Source: Candidatus Kerfeldbacteria bacterium CG_4_10_14_0_8_um_filter_42_10
GTDB taxonomy: Bacteria > Patescibacteriota > Patescibacteriia > UM-FILTER-42-10
DNA length: 64,000 nucleotides
Direction of reading: 5' to 3'
NCBI GenBank assembly: GCA_002784945.1
Contig: PFMD01000024.1
Coordinates: 17,858-81,857, forward strand
Shown: positions 19,501 through 29,185 of the stretch, in pieces
Layout: each line of letters begins with the position of its first letter
How positions within the stretch are numbered: the stretch's first letter is position 1
Position numbers and translations under genes: made by a program
The notes under the pieces: model-generated
Seen by the model: only the letters and a program-made list of their open reading frames with translations
Database searches by the model: none
What the model was told of the DNA's origin: nothing

Positions 19501-22100
19501 ATGGTAATCACCACATCGTCTTTGGTTTGGCCGGATTCAATGTTTACGGAAACCTCGGAATTCTGAATATAATCAGAGTTCCAGTCCATAAAGGCATTCA
19601 GTTCATATTTACCCGCCGGAACATCAAGCGAAAACTGTCCGCTTTCCAACGGCGCTCCTAAAAAGCCGCCGTACCACATGTCGCCTTCTTGAAAATCATC
19701 TCGAGAATTTGAGGCATTAACCCAGCCCCAGCTATTGATTAAATCGCCATCGGCCGTTTCTAAATGCCCCTTGATCGTGGCATCGGCAATTCCCATTTGA
19801 AAATTAACATCGCTAACGGTTCGATTGGCTTGAATAGAAATTTCGGTCGGCGGAGTAATCGGAACGTAACTTGCTCCTTCATCTTCGGGAGAAGCGTTCC
19901 AACTGGGGAAAGCATTCACTTGATAAGTCCCCCCGAACACCAGCATATCGTACTCACCATCGGCATCGGTCATGGCCGAGCCCCAACCGCCGGCTGATTC
20001 GGACCAAGCGTTAAGATTAGCTCCTTCAATCGGCGTTCCATTGGTATCGGTCACCTTGCCGGTGATATGAGCATTCTTTTCTACCAGATTAAGTGTTCCC
20101 AAATCATAAGTTGAATCAGAAATCATCTTTACGGGAGCAATCGCCGGGCCGGCATATTCTTCGCCCTCGCCGGAATAACTCCAGGCCCACATGTTTATTT
20201 CATAGGTATGACCTCCGGCTAATTTCAAGGAGAAGTTGCCGCTACTGTCTACCTGCGCCCAGTTGCCGGTACGGCCGCCTTTCTCCCAAGCGTCAACGTT
20301 TGCCGAAATCATATTGCCCAAAGCGCTGCCGTCGGGCTTCACCAGTTTTCCCGTTAAGGTCGCATCGTATTCGACCACGGTAAAATTGACCGTGTTTGTT
20401 TCACTAATGGAATCGTCTTCGGTAAATTCAATGTACTGCTCAGCGGGAGCGCCCCAATCCGGCTCGCCGCCTGATCCCCAATCCGGCCAGACATTTATTC
20501 CGTAAGATCCTTTGCCAACCCACAGGGTGTATTGGCCTTGCGAATTAGTCTGATCCCAAGCGTATCCGCCATACATTCCCCCTAAGGCCCAGGTGTCGAT
20601 CCGGGCATCCGTTACCGGATTACCGTTGGGATAAGAAACCGTTCCCGTTATTTTCTTTCTGGCGGTGGCTAATTGAATGGGATGGGTATCATAATAAGTA
20701 CTGGTCTGGCCGGCAGTTAATTGGACGCTAAGCGTTTCCGAGGGCAGTAAACCTTCTTGATCAAAGGGAGGGTTAACCTTGACGTAATAAGTTCCGGTGG
20801 CAAAACTTTTATTAACCGTAAATTCGCCATCGGCGTTAGTCTGACCCCAATAACTGTTTTGCCAGCTATAAGAGGAATCGTGCACATCCACTTGCGCGTT
20901 AGTTACCGGACTGCCGGATTCCGTTACCACTTTTCCTTTCATAATTGCCGGCGAAAGATAAAGCGTTCCTACATTAATATTTGATCCAGAATAATTAATG
21001 GTTTGGGTAGCAGGGGCAGCATAATCAGGATAAGAATACTGATCAATCCAAAACTCCAGTTTGTAAGCGCCGTTAGTGGTAATCGCCAGACCGAACGTTC
21101 CATCTTCTGCCGTAGTTCCATACTTGTTAATTGTCCAGTTGTTATTATAAAAACTAAAAGAAGCGTTTGCCACCGGATCGCCGGAAGGCGTTAAAAGCGT
21201 TCCGGTAATATTATTATTCAGAAGATATAAATTACCAAGATTGTTGCTGATATTGGCATTAATCGCCGCCGTCGTAGGGTCCGGCGCAGAATAATTATCC
21301 CCCCAGTAATTCACATTAATATTATAAGTGGCGCTCTGACTGATATTTAAGGAGAAATAACCGTTCTCATCAGTGTTCGCCCAATAAGAATAAGTCCAAT
21401 TATTAGTATAGAGTGAGATGCTGCATTCGCTGGCACAAGGAGTCAGATCCGGTTTTAAAACATAACCAACGACATTCGGGGCTTTATAACTGGCGGCTAA
21501 AGTAACCATGCTGCCAGAATAAGTGAAGGTAATTGGATCAGGAGGAGATTCTCCTTCAAAATTGCCGTAAACCTCAATCGTATATATTCCATTACTCTCC
21601 AGACCGAAAGAAGCCACTCCTAAATTATTAGTAGATTCATATTTCCAAATAGTGTTGTTAGCATCATGCAAATTGACCCCAACGTAACCTGCCGGTGTTA
21701 CCTCGTCAGACATAGTAAGAGTCAGCAGAACGGAAGGTTCCACTAAAGCAACGGTTCCTAAATCATAAACCGGAGTACCTGGCAGATAAACCTGAATGGG
21801 ATCAGGATCTTTATAAGTAGCATGCCCTGCCCAGACTTGAACGGTATAATTGTCAGCGGGCAGATCATTAAAAGTAAAATCTCCGTTCTGATCGGTATAG
21901 GTTGATTGATAATAAGACCAGGTGGCATTTCTCACGTCTACTAAGGCATTAGTTACCGCCGTGGTTTCATCCGGTTCGGTAACAGTACCGGCAAGAGAAG
22001 GATTCTGGGCCGAAGCTTGATTAGGCGCAATGATTAGTAAGGCCAGTCCAAAGAAGAAGATTAATCCGCTATAATTTATAATTTTTTTAATATTGTTCAT
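16599..22100 (-). CDS. Giant secreted surface protein: tandem carboxypeptidase-regulatory-like (Cna-B-like) domains and C-terminal FG-GAP repeats
   Basis: Signal peptide; repeated ITG.V....G.PV..A.V...TD..G.Y units; repeated (D/N)..GDG..(D/E)I...P..GGP(N/Q)(L/I)R units. Confidence 0.9.
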   Translation of the reverse strand: MNNIKKIINYSGLIFFFGLALLIIAPNQASAQNPSLAGTVTEPDETTAVTNALVDVRNATWSYYQSTYTDQNGDFTFNDLPADNYTVQVWAGHATYKDPDPIQVYLPGTPVYDLGTVALVEPSVLLTLTMSDEVTPAGYVGVNLHDANNTIWKYESTNNLGVASFGLESNGIYTIEVYGNFEGESPPDPITFTYSGSMVTLAASYKAPNVVGYVLKPDLTPCASECSISLYTNNWTYSYWANTDENGYFSLNISQSATYNINVNYWGDNYSAPDPTTAAINANISNNLGNLYLLNNNITGTLLTPSGDPVANASFSFYNNNWTINKYGTTAEDGTFGLAITTNGAYKLEFWIDQYSYPDYAAPATQTINYSGSNINVGTLYLSPAIMKGKVVTESGSPVTNAQVDVHDSSYSWQNSYWGQTNADGEFTVNKSFATGTYYVKVNPPFDQEGLLPSETLSVQLTAGQTSTYYDTHPIQLATARKKITGTVSYPNGNPVTDARIDTWALGGMYGGYAWDQTNSQGQYTLWVGKGSYGINVWPDWGSGGEPDWGAPAEQYIEFTEDDSISETNTVNFTVVEYDATLTGKLVKPDGSALGNMISANVDAWEKGGRTGNWAQVDSSGNFSLKLAGGHTYEINMWAWSYSGEGEEYAGPAIAPVKMISDSTYDLGTLNLVEKNAHITGKVTDTNGTPIEGANLNAWSESAGGWGSAMTDADGEYDMLVFGGTYQVNAFPSWNASPEDEGASYVPITPPTEISIQANRTVSDVNFQMGIADATIKGHLETADGDLINSWGWVNASNSRDDFQEGDMWYGGFLGAPLESGQFSLDVPAGKYELNAFMDWNSDYIQNSEVSVNIESGQTKDDVVITMIPTNSKIQGKFKDADGNTVYGLWGEIFGDRAEGGNTFSQINPDGTYSLKVAAGTWNLDYWLDPWSGAGYLPSSLESKKVTVEEDETITLDFTVLAADSAISGVVHDEEGNEIEGAHVYASLDYAGQQRDDNYSSYGFDSLEAVSDANGVFSLMAPEGEYYLHASLPPSLGYIFTGAQLVYTSPNDPAENIEVIFASADAQITGQVTLEAENNQAFIYAYTSNGGYSEATTSDGDYTIAVTRGETWRIGAVHESGTSYYISEQKDVVVDAATKTQDLELEYQGEMPESTNSTFDSTQSFSLELEDGFAIQAPARAFATEGNVTLTVKPTAKMAYQAGAQPLQGYGYEITVRGDDGSTIQSFNSNVTLTIPYSEEALQDLGLLESDLSGEYFDSTSGIWEGAASVIVDEDNNVINIQTDHFSTFSTITPGRAADAENLELGVTAPTEGTAVSTDSVLVSGTVSDNAAIVTVRLNGVSSGEVTVDSSGSFSKNVAGLLEGENTILVGAVKGLLTADTVSRTIIYSPEGETPLDSVTGIAYDIAVTTNENSSPHIRVFNSEGELQSQFFAFSEAYRGEFRILTADVNGDDEMEIIAWPYGEGYGPQIRIFAKDGTLLAQELVLNEGYRGGIEVVNNVDLDGDGKQDMVVVPRGNGGPNLRAYKYNSQTGTIDLLAWTMAYQEEYQGEIAVATADVTGDGNVDVITSPLDGGPNIRVFHYDSIHGTLELDDWFMAYQEEFQGGVLVATGDVNGDGQKDIITYPEEAGGANIRAYSYNSETGAFELINWIQPFSDDYRGLMEVKVFDLDKDDQAEIIVAPATNGGPNLRVYSYNSATEDFDLKDWAMVFADDFRGGVGLEVSNLDGDAYREVVVYPLQNGGPNLRIYEYDAAGQLTLLDWTYAYAADFRGEMTVRVADLNGDGTSSLVVTPLSGGGPNVRIINVENDELVVSNWFMAYDETFRGGVLTKFIN

Positions 22101-22135
22101 TTTTTTGATTTAATTATTAATTTTTGTTGATAAAT

Positions 22136-22156
22136 AAAAACTGCCTAAAAAGGCAG
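22136..22156 (-). terminator. Terminator-like hairpin inside the leader of the 1833-aa gene
   Basis: CTGCCT-TTTT-AGGCAG-TTTTT on the minus strand, between promoter and start codon. Confidence 0.5.
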
Positions 22157-22277
22157 ATTTTTTAATCTTTAATTTTGTTTCGGTTTATGCCCCGCATAGA
22201 CTCGGCGTCTAGCCTAGGCTGGTAAATATGCCCTCCTAGCATATTTTTTGTGGTTATTTATTTTTATTTTCACCTTT

Positions 22278-22306
22278 ATTATAGCGCAAAAAAGGGTTTT
22301 TGTCAA
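22278..22306 (-). promoter_or_regulatory. Consensus sigma70 promoter
   Basis: Perfect TTGACA-N17-TATAAT on the minus strand. Confidence 0.85.
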
Positions 22307-22312
22307 CAAATT

Positions 22313-22389
22313 CCGTTAGAAGCCCAACTTAGCTAGCTTTAATCAATCATAAGAGTTAACACTCTCTAAGGAACGAGCTTCTAGACGGG
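22313..22389. repeat. Degenerate CCGTTAGA-family TIR element
   Basis: CCGTTAGAAGC ... GCTTCTAGACGGG. Confidence 0.5.
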
Positions 22390-22486
22390 ATAAAAGAATT
22401 GACTAAAAAGCCCTCGGTGATAAGATTACTTACCGATCATTGGAAAAAATCTGCCGGATTTAACAGTCATGAGGGAGGTGATTTAA

Positions 22487-22849
22487 ATGATGGGAGCAAT
22501 GGAATACTCCGTAAGAATAACAGGGGGTATTCTACTAATTACCCTGAGGGGCTCTTTCGAAAAAAACGGAGAGGACTTATTTAAACTAATGATTAAGGAA
22601 AGCCCCTTACTGAGAGAAACGGGACTTAGGGCGATCAAACGAATGGCAGTTGATGTTACTCAAGTAAATTCTACGGATCTTTCCGGAATTTCTGTTTTGG
22701 TCGGGCTACGTGCTCTGGGAGATCAAGCGGGAATAAGTCAACAGCTCGCCGTCATTCTGGGCGACAATTCCAAGATGCGTAAATTGCTCGATCAGACTAA
22801 ACTCGCCACAATTTTTCAGTGCCTCACGTCCGTTGAAGAACTGAACTGA
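22487..22849 (+). CDS. STAS domain protein (anti-anti-sigma-like)
   Basis: ITLRGSF, VDVTQVNSTDLSGISVL, LLDQTKL..IF; GGAGGTGA RBS. Confidence 0.85.
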   Translation: MMGAMEYSVRITGGILLITLRGSFEKNGEDLFKLMIKESPLLRETGLRAIKRMAVDVTQVNSTDLSGISVLVGLRALGDQAGISQQLAVILGDNSKMRKLLDQTKLATIFQCLTSVEELN

Positions 22850-22878
22850 TTCGCCCCGAACAATCTGCGCCCTTTACT

Positions 22879-22910
22879 AAAAGCTGCGGTCACCCGATCA
22901 GCAGCTTTTT
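22879..22910 (+). terminator. Terminator after the STAS gene
   Basis: AAAAGCTGC/GCAGCTTTT stem with T-run. Confidence 0.6.
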
Positions 22911-22967
22911 CATTTGGAAAGGTAGGGCCATTAAAAATTTTCCATTTCTGACTATTTTTTGCCCCCA

Positions 22968-23080
22968 GGGCTCTTGTTCTTTTGACAGCAAAAGAACCAA
23001 AACTGCTGGGGCGACTAATGCGCTGTAGCGCCAATTGCCGTTCCTACTTCTTTTTTTGGCTTAGAGTCGCCCCAGACCCC
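22968..23080 (-). repeat. Dispersed structured repeat, copy 2
   Basis: Reverse complement matches 6725-6860 (GGGGTCTGGGGCGACTCTAAGCCAAAAAAAGAA...GTCGCCCCAGCAG...TTTGGTTCTTTTG...CAAAAGAACAAGAGCCC). Confidence 0.8.
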
Positions 23081-23409
23081 AGCGTCCTTTGGGTTTATAT
23101 CTCTATGTTTACTCGACCATCAAGGGATCCGGCGAACATTGGAAAAATTTAACTAGAATTTGGAGTTAAGAAGGAACGTTCCCCGAAAGGAAAATTTAGC
23201 ACCGTTCAAACCCCACATAGGTGGGTGAGTTTGCTAAATTAGTGACGATGAATCCTAAATTCTCTAAATTTTTCCAGCGAGCCAGTTCTTAGCGCCACAT
23301 TTTGTCTAAAAAGGTGGCGAGGAAGTTTGGTTAAAAGTGGATTCTTCATCCTAAATAGCTTGCATAAAAAAACAACAATTGATAGAATTATTTACTATCA
23401 AATAATTCT

Positions 23410-24069
23410 ATGAAAAGAAACAAAGAATATTTAATTTTCTTAATTTTTATTGTTTTACTGGCAGGAATTGCAATTATTCTTGAGTTCTCAAGCAATCTAT
23501 CAATAATGACTATTCGTGGTCTTGGAAGTATCTCAATACTTATAGCTTTCGTAATAACCACATTTATTAAGAAACTAGATGATGAAATACAAAATAATCG
23601 ATGGAAATATAGATTTGATGAACAAAATCTAAGCGAAAATAGGTATCATTATATTCTTTCCAGAAATTATCTCAATGCAAGTATGCTTTGCGATATTAGA
23701 AAATCACTTCCTCCTCACGATGAAGGATTATCGTTTGCCGCAAAAGAAAGATTGTTTTCTTCATTTAAAGAAATTAAAGAATCAATTACTAACCTAGCTA
23801 GCATTGTCGGAAGGGATTATAGAAAAATAATAGAAAATAAACTTATTGCTATTTTAGAGTCATCAATCGGTGATATTGAAAAAAATCAAAAATTAGAAAT
23901 CATTAGAGGTGACGTTATGAGAGAGGGAGTTAAAGCACTAAACGTTATCTTTAAAGACGAAGAAGAACTGATTCGTAAAAAAGGTAAGCTAGATTATATT
24001 TTTTATGAATTTCAAGTTACTGGTCTTATTTTAATAGGGATTGGCGAAATCCTTAATATAATTTCCTAA
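23410..24069 (+). CDS. Hypothetical AT-rich membrane protein
   Basis: 219-aa ORF with 2 N-terminal and 1 C-terminal TM; upstream TTGCAT-N17-TAGAAT. Confidence 0.7.
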   Translation: MKRNKEYLIFLIFIVLLAGIAIILEFSSNLSIMTIRGLGSISILIAFVITTFIKKLDDEIQNNRWKYRFDEQNLSENRYHYILSRNYLNASMLCDIRKSLPPHDEGLSFAAKERLFSSFKEIKESITNLASIVGRDYRKIIENKLIAILESSIGDIEKNQKLEIIRGDVMREGVKALNVIFKDEEELIRKKGKLDYIFYEFQVTGLILIGIGEILNIIS

Positions 24070-24128
24070 AATTATACAATCAATAACAAAATCACTTCTC
24101 AATAATTTTAAAGTGATTGTTTTGATTA

Positions 24129-24551
24129 CTACTTTACTTCTTCAAACTCTATTTCCCTTTCATTCCCCTTCTCTTTGAGATTGGCAAAATAGAGTTTTAT
24201 TTTTAGATCGGGAAAAATGTCTTGGATTATTTTAGCCGCTTTTTTTAAATCGGCATAATGTTGCACTTTTTCGCTTGCTTCGTTGTCAAACTCTTCGTAT
24301 CCCCCACAGTTCTGATGATTGATGATTATTACTCTAGCAATTTCATGCAGTCGGAATGATTTTTCAATTGAGTCTAGAAGGTAATTTTTTGTATTCTGAT
24401 CATCCGGACGGGAAAGATTTTTGGCTACTCCGGGAACAGTTAAAAGATCATATGATCCTTCTATTCTTAACTCCCTACTAAAATCATGGATAGCGTCTTG
24501 AAACCGAAAATCCATGCAGGTGATAATTAGGGCTTTGGCGCGATGGGACAT
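24129..24551 (-). CDS. Beta-class carbonic anhydrase family protein
   Basis: CMDFR and HQNCG zinc-ligand motifs. Confidence 0.85.
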   Translation of the reverse strand: MSHRAKALIITCMDFRFQDAIHDFSRELRIEGSYDLLTVPGVAKNLSRPDDQNTKNYLLDSIEKSFRLHEIARVIIINHQNCGGYEEFDNEASEKVQHYADLKKAAKIIQDIFPDLKIKLYFANLKEKGNEREIEFEEVK

Positions 24552-24673
24552 AATTTAGTACAATAAGTTTATAATAGGATTATATCATTTTTAACAGAAA
24601 TCAGGAAAATAAAGGTATTTTAGGCTAAAAAGGGCCGCTTTTCCGTTTTTCCACAGAATAAAAATGGCCAGCA

Positions 24674-24702
24674 TTGACATATTTGATTATTTGCTCTAAT
24701 CT
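24674..24702 (+). promoter_or_regulatory. Putative atp operon promoter
   Basis: TTGACA-N17-TAATCT. Confidence 0.5.
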
Positions 24703-24788
24703 ATAGGCGAAAAAATGGCTATTCCAGCATTTTTTTGTTAATTTCAATATTCTTCGCTATTTCAGATTATTTTGGATTAAAGACAGAA

Positions 24789-25142
24789 ATGAAAAAAAGA
24801 AACTCCAACTTATTTACAGAGAAAGACGCGCCTCAAAAGTCCTCTTCAGATAATAATCAAGAGACGGCCTGGTGGCAACCGGCCATGACTATTTTCAGCC
24901 AGGTTACCGGATTAATCGCCGGGCCGATTCTAATTGCTTTATTTGTCGGCAAGGCTTTAGATAAAAAATATAATACCGATCCTTGGATTTTTTTAGGACT
25001 CACGGCCGTGGCTTTCTTCATCTCCAGCATGGGAATAGTCAAAATTGCCGCTAATTATTCCAAGAAAATAGAAAAAGAGCTCGACGCCAAAAAAAAGGAT
25101 TCTGATTCGGCTAAAAATAATTTTAAAAAAGAAAATAAATAA
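24789..25142 (+). CDS. AtpZ/AtpI family ATP synthase accessory protein
   Basis: IAGPILIALFVGKALDKKYNTDPW motif; first gene of the atp operon; start moved to MKKRN. Confidence 0.85.
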   Translation: MKKRNSNLFTEKDAPQKSSSDNNQETAWWQPAMTIFSQVTGLIAGPILIALFVGKALDKKYNTDPWIFLGLTAVAFFISSMGIVKIAANYSKKIEKELDAKKKDSDSAKNNFKKENK

Positions 25143-25154
25143 CTAACAAAATTA

Positions 25155-26051
25155 ATGGCTACCAACGAACAAACTGAAAATACCATTCCGGCTGCTCATC
25201 AGGAAACTGACGCTTCTGACTCCAATCAGCAGACCGAGACTAACAATCAAGTTTCTCATGAAACGACCTTGTATCCTGAACCGATTTTGGAAATAGGAAA
25301 ATTTACGATTACTAATTCCCTTTTAAATTCTTGGCTGGCCGTTCTCATTATCATCCTGGGAGTATTGGCTTTAAGAAAAAAAATTAAACTGATTCCGCGA
25401 GGCCTTCAAAACTTGTGGGAAATAATTATTGAGGGAGCGTTAAAACTGGCAGACTCCGTTACTAGCGACCGGAAAAAATCAATGAAGATTTTCCCAATTG
25501 TGTTCGCCATATTTATTTTTGTTCTAATCAACAACTGGTTGGGCCTTTTGCCGGGTGTCGGCTCAATTGGATTCATTGAACAGCACGGCGGCACATCGAC
25601 CTTTGCGCCTTTTTTCCGCGGTTCTACCGCCGATTTAAACACTACTCTAGGCTTAGCACTGTTTGCCGTCATTGGCTCCAATATTTTCGGCATCATTACC
25701 ATTGGTTTTTGGAAACATCTTAATAAATTCGTTAACTTGAAATCCTTTGCCGAGATTCCCAAAAAAATCAGAAAAGAACCGTTCATTGTTTTGATTAATC
25801 CGATTAAAGCGTTTGTGGGAATAATTGAACTGGTGGGAGAATTGGCCAAGATCGCCTCACTCTCCTTTCGTCTTTTCGGCAATATTTTTGCCGGTGAGGT
25901 TTTGCTGGCCGCTATGGCGGTAATTTTCGCTTTTATTCTGCCGATCCCTTTTATCTTTTTGGAATTAATTGTTGGCATTGTCCAAGCGCTAATTTTTGCC
26001 ATGTTGACCCTGGTTTACTTCACTATTGCTTCAACCGCGGAAGAACATTAA
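25155..26051 (+). CDS. atpB: F0F1 ATP synthase subunit a
   Basis: NNWLGLLPG, TADLNTT and SLSFRLFGNIFAGE motifs. Confidence 0.97.
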   Translation: MATNEQTENTIPAAHQETDASDSNQQTETNNQVSHETTLYPEPILEIGKFTITNSLLNSWLAVLIIILGVLALRKKIKLIPRGLQNLWEIIIEGALKLADSVTSDRKKSMKIFPIVFAIFIFVLINNWLGLLPGVGSIGFIEQHGGTSTFAPFFRGSTADLNTTLGLALFAVIGSNIFGIITIGFWKHLNKFVNLKSFAEIPKKIRKEPFIVLINPIKAFVGIIELVGELAKIASLSFRLFGNIFAGEVLLAAMAVIFAFILPIPFIFLELIVGIVQALIFAMLTLVYFTIASTAEEH

Positions 26052-26055
26052 AAAT

Positions 26056-26246
26056 AATGTATAATTAATAATTTATAATGTATAATGACATAAATCCTAA
26101 ATTCTCTCCAAAGGCATACTTCAGAGGTGCATCCGCTCGCCTCGCCGGCGAAGCGGGTCCATGGCGGAGATCTTTGCCTTAGGCGTGAGGAGTTTATGAT
26201 TTAATGCTTCAAAAAATTATACATTATACATTATTAATTATTAATT
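26056..26246. repeat. Nested palindromic composite flanked by inverted AATGTAT arrays
   Basis: AATGTAT repeats on the left, ATACATT repeats on the right, nested GC-rich stems inside. Confidence 0.6.
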
Positions 26247-26295
26247 GGTTGATAACACCGACTCTAAATCCAAAAAACATAAGTCGAGTAGTTAA

Positions 26296-26529
<234 letters not shown>

Positions 26530-26710
26530 TCCGATTATGGGCAAGAGGATTGGTTTAACCATTCCTCTTGAGATAATCTGATTATTAACAAATACAAAAT
26601 TCAAAATTTTGATCCTAAACAATCCTTTTAAGGCACAGTTTGAGAAATTAGAATTTGGGATTTGTAATTTGTTTAGGATTTAGAAATTAGAATTTGGGAT
26701 TTACAAATAT

Positions 26711-27217
26711 ATGGACGAAGTAATAAAAACTTTTCACATCGATTGGAAACTAATGATCGCTCAGTTAATTAATTTGGCTATCGTGATTTTTGTCTTGTGG
26801 AAATTTGCCGTAAAGCCACTGACTAAATTAATGGAAAAAAGATCAAAGGATATTGAGCAAAGCCTCAAGGACGCCAAAAAAATTGAGGAAAACCTGGCCA
26901 AATCAGAAGCGGACAAAGAAAATCAGCTAAAGCAAGCGCGAAAAGAGGCTCAAGCGATTATGGAGAAAGCCAACCAGCAAGAGGAAAGGCAAAGCCGGCA
27001 AATGATCGACGAAACCAAAACCGAAGTGCAAACCATGATTGTCACGGCCAAAGATCAGATCGCTCAAGAAAAGCAACAGATGCTTAAAGAGGCCAAGGCG
27101 GATCTGGGATCATTAGTAATAGAAGCAACGAAAAAAATTTTGGAGAAGACCGGAGCAAAAGAAATCGACGAAAAAATTGTCTCTGATTCACTGAGTCATT
27201 TATCCAATAAAAAGTAA
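26711..27217 (+). CDS. atpF: F0F1 ATP synthase subunit b
   Basis: AQLINL TM, KP...R, coiled coil; operon position. Confidence 0.95.
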   Translation: MDEVIKTFHIDWKLMIAQLINLAIVIFVLWKFAVKPLTKLMEKRSKDIEQSLKDAKKIEENLAKSEADKENQLKQARKEAQAIMEKANQQEERQSRQMIDETKTEVQTMIVTAKDQIAQEKQQMLKEAKADLGSLVIEATKKILEKTGAKEIDEKIVSDSLSHLSNKK

Positions 27218-27227
27218 TAATTCAGCA

Positions 27228-27629
27228 ATGAAAAGGGTTACGCCAAAACAATATGCCATCGCCTTGTACGAATCAATCAAAGATTCTGAAGGTACGGAAT
27301 TAAACCAAAGGATTCGCAATTTTTTGGAGTTGATTCGAAAAAGAAAAAACATGAAATCGCTTAATAAGATCTATAAGCATTTTGTCGCGGTATATCAAGA
27401 GCGCGAGCAAGTTTTGCAGGCTGAGGTAACCGCCAGCCGCGATCTTGGCAGTAAGGTCAAAAGCGAAATTATTCACTGGCTAAACGAATCTACCGGACGC
27501 ACTGCCACCTTAACGGAACTAATCGATCCAACCATACTCGGCGGAGTAATTGTTAAATTCGGCGACACGGTATGGGATGCCAGCTTAAAAAACAGTTTAA
27601 AAAAACTACAAAATTCCTTTAATAAATAA
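27228..27629 (+). CDS. atpH: F0F1 ATP synthase subunit delta (short form)
   Basis: YAIALYE...[21 protein letters not shown]. Confidence 0.93.
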   Translation: MKRVTPKQYAIALYESIKDSEGTELNQRIRNFLELIRKRKNMKSLNKIYKHFVAVYQEREQVLQAEVTASRDLGSKVKSEIIHWLNESTGRTATLTELIDPTILGGVIVKFGDTVWDASLKNSLKKLQNSFNK

Positions 27630-27649
27630 CCAATAATCTATCAAATCAT

Positions 27650-29185
27650 ATGTCCAGTAAAGACCAAATAGTCCAGCAGTTAAAAAAACAGATTGAAAAT
27701 TTCAAAACAGAGGCTACTTTAGAAAAAGTGGGAACCGTTGTAGAAGTGGGCGACGGCATTGCTAAAATATCCGGGCTTTCCGATTGCATGTCGCAGGAAA
27801 TGTTAGAGTTCGAAAACGGCCAGTTCGGAGTCGCCCTGAATTTAGAAGAAGATAACGTTGGAGCGATAATCTTGGGCGATTATTTGGGAATCGAAGAAGG
27901 TCATAGCGTCAAGACCACCAAGAGGATATTGGAAGTGCCGGTCGGCGAAGCGGTGATTGGCCGGGTGGTTAATCCTTTAGGCCAGGCTTTAGACGGTAAA
28001 GGTGAAATATCCGCCCAAGGCGGATCCGCCTCTGGCGGAAAGTCCTCACTTTTTTATCCGGTAGAAAAAATCGCTCCCCGGGTCATTACCCGAGAAGAAG
28101 TGAATACTCCCTTGCAAACCGGCATTAAAGCGATTGATTCCATGATTCCGATTGGCCGGGGACAAAGGGAATTGATTATCGGCGATCGACAAACCGGCAA
28201 AACGGCTTTGGCGATCGATACGATTATCAACCAGAAGCAGGAAAAAGTAATCTGCATCTATGTTGCCATTGGCCAAAAAGAGTCTAAAATAGCAAAAATT
28301 GTCAATAAACTCCAAGAAGAAGGTGCAATGAAATATACCACGGTAGTGTTGGCCAGCGCTTCGGATCTCGCCTCGCTTTCTTATATCGCCCCTTATGCCG
28401 GCTGTGCCATGGGAGAATACTTTATGGATCAAGGGAAGGATGTTTTGCTGGTTTACGACGATCTTTCTAAACATGCCGTGGCTTATCGCGAAATCTCGCT
28501 GCTTTTAAGAAGACCCCCCAGCCGAGAAGCCTATCCCGGTGATATTTTCTATCTCCATTCCCGGCTTTTGGAACGATCCGCCAAAATGAACAAGAAATAT
28601 GGCGGTGGCTCTTTAACCGCTTTGCCGATTATCGAAACTCAGGCCGGCGATGTTTCCGCTTATATTCCTACCAATGTAATTTCCATTACCGACGGCCAGA
28701 TTTTTCTGGAATCGGATTTATTCTATAAAGGAATCCGCCCCGCTTTAAATACCGGCATTTCGGTTTCCCGGGTCGGCTCGAAAGCCCAAATTAAGGCGAT
28801 GAAAAAAGTGGCCGGCAAGCTTAAGCTGGCCATGGCCCAATATCGCGAGTTGGAAGCTTTCGCCCAGTTCGGGTCGGACTTGGATGAAACCACCCAACAA
28901 CAGTTGAATTTGGGCCGAAGATTGACTGAAATTCTTAAGCAAGGACAGTACGTACCAATGTCCGTAGAGCATCAGGTGGCTATTTTGTATGCTGTCACCA
29001 ACGGCCAGCTTAATGACATTAAAGTGGAAGAAATTGCCAAATTCGAAGAAGAATTCCATAAATATTTAAGCACCAACGGTTTAGAAGTCCTTAAGAAGAT
29101 AAAGGAAAAACAAGAATTAGATGATGCTACTGAAAATCAGTTGAAAAAAGTCATTGAAGATTTTAAAAGAACCTTAGCTTCTTAG
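27650..29185 (+). CDS. atpA: F0F1 ATP synthase subunit alpha
   Basis: [26 protein letters not shown]. Confidence 0.99.
   Translation: MSSKDQIVQQLKKQIENFKTEATLEKVGTVVEVGDGIAKISGLSDCMSQEMLEFENGQFGVALNLEEDNVGAIILGDYLGIEEGHSVKTTKRILEVPVGEAVIGRVVNPLGQALDGKGEISAQGGSASGGKSSLFYPVEKIAPRVITREEVNTPLQTGIKAIDSMIPIGRGQRELIIGDRQTGKTALAIDTIINQKQEKVICIYVAIGQKESKIAKIVNKLQEEGAMKYTTVVLASASDLASLSYIAPYAGCAMGEYFMDQGKDVLLVYDDLSKHAVAYREISLLLRRPPSREAYPGDIFYLHSRLLERSAKMNKKYGGGSLTALPIIETQAGDVSAYIPTNVISITDGQIFLESDLFYKGIRPALNTGISVSRVGSKAQIKAMKKVAGKLKLAMAQYRELEAFAQFGSDLDETTQQQLNLGRRLTEILKQGQYVPMSVEHQVAILYAVTNGQLNDIKVEEIAKFEEEFHKYLSTNGLEVLKKIKEKQELDDATENQLKKVIEDFKRTLAS
28010..28039 (+). repeat. 30-bp double-hairpin repeat inserted in-frame in atpA
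   Basis: TCCGCCCAAGGCGGATCCGCCTCTGGCGGA encoding [10 protein letters not shown]. Confidence 0.9.

Noticed and set aside
25406-26002. 198-aa antisense ORF, and similar shadow ORFs such as 39-575, 39374-39934 and the many short ones at 60000-64000
   Set aside because: They overlap well-supported genes and have no recognisable motifs; their density rises with GC content.
26100-26200. tRNA or known ncRNA in GC-rich intergenic hairpins
   Set aside because: No cloverleaf, T-loop or CCA end is recognisable; the stems match the local palindromic repeat families.
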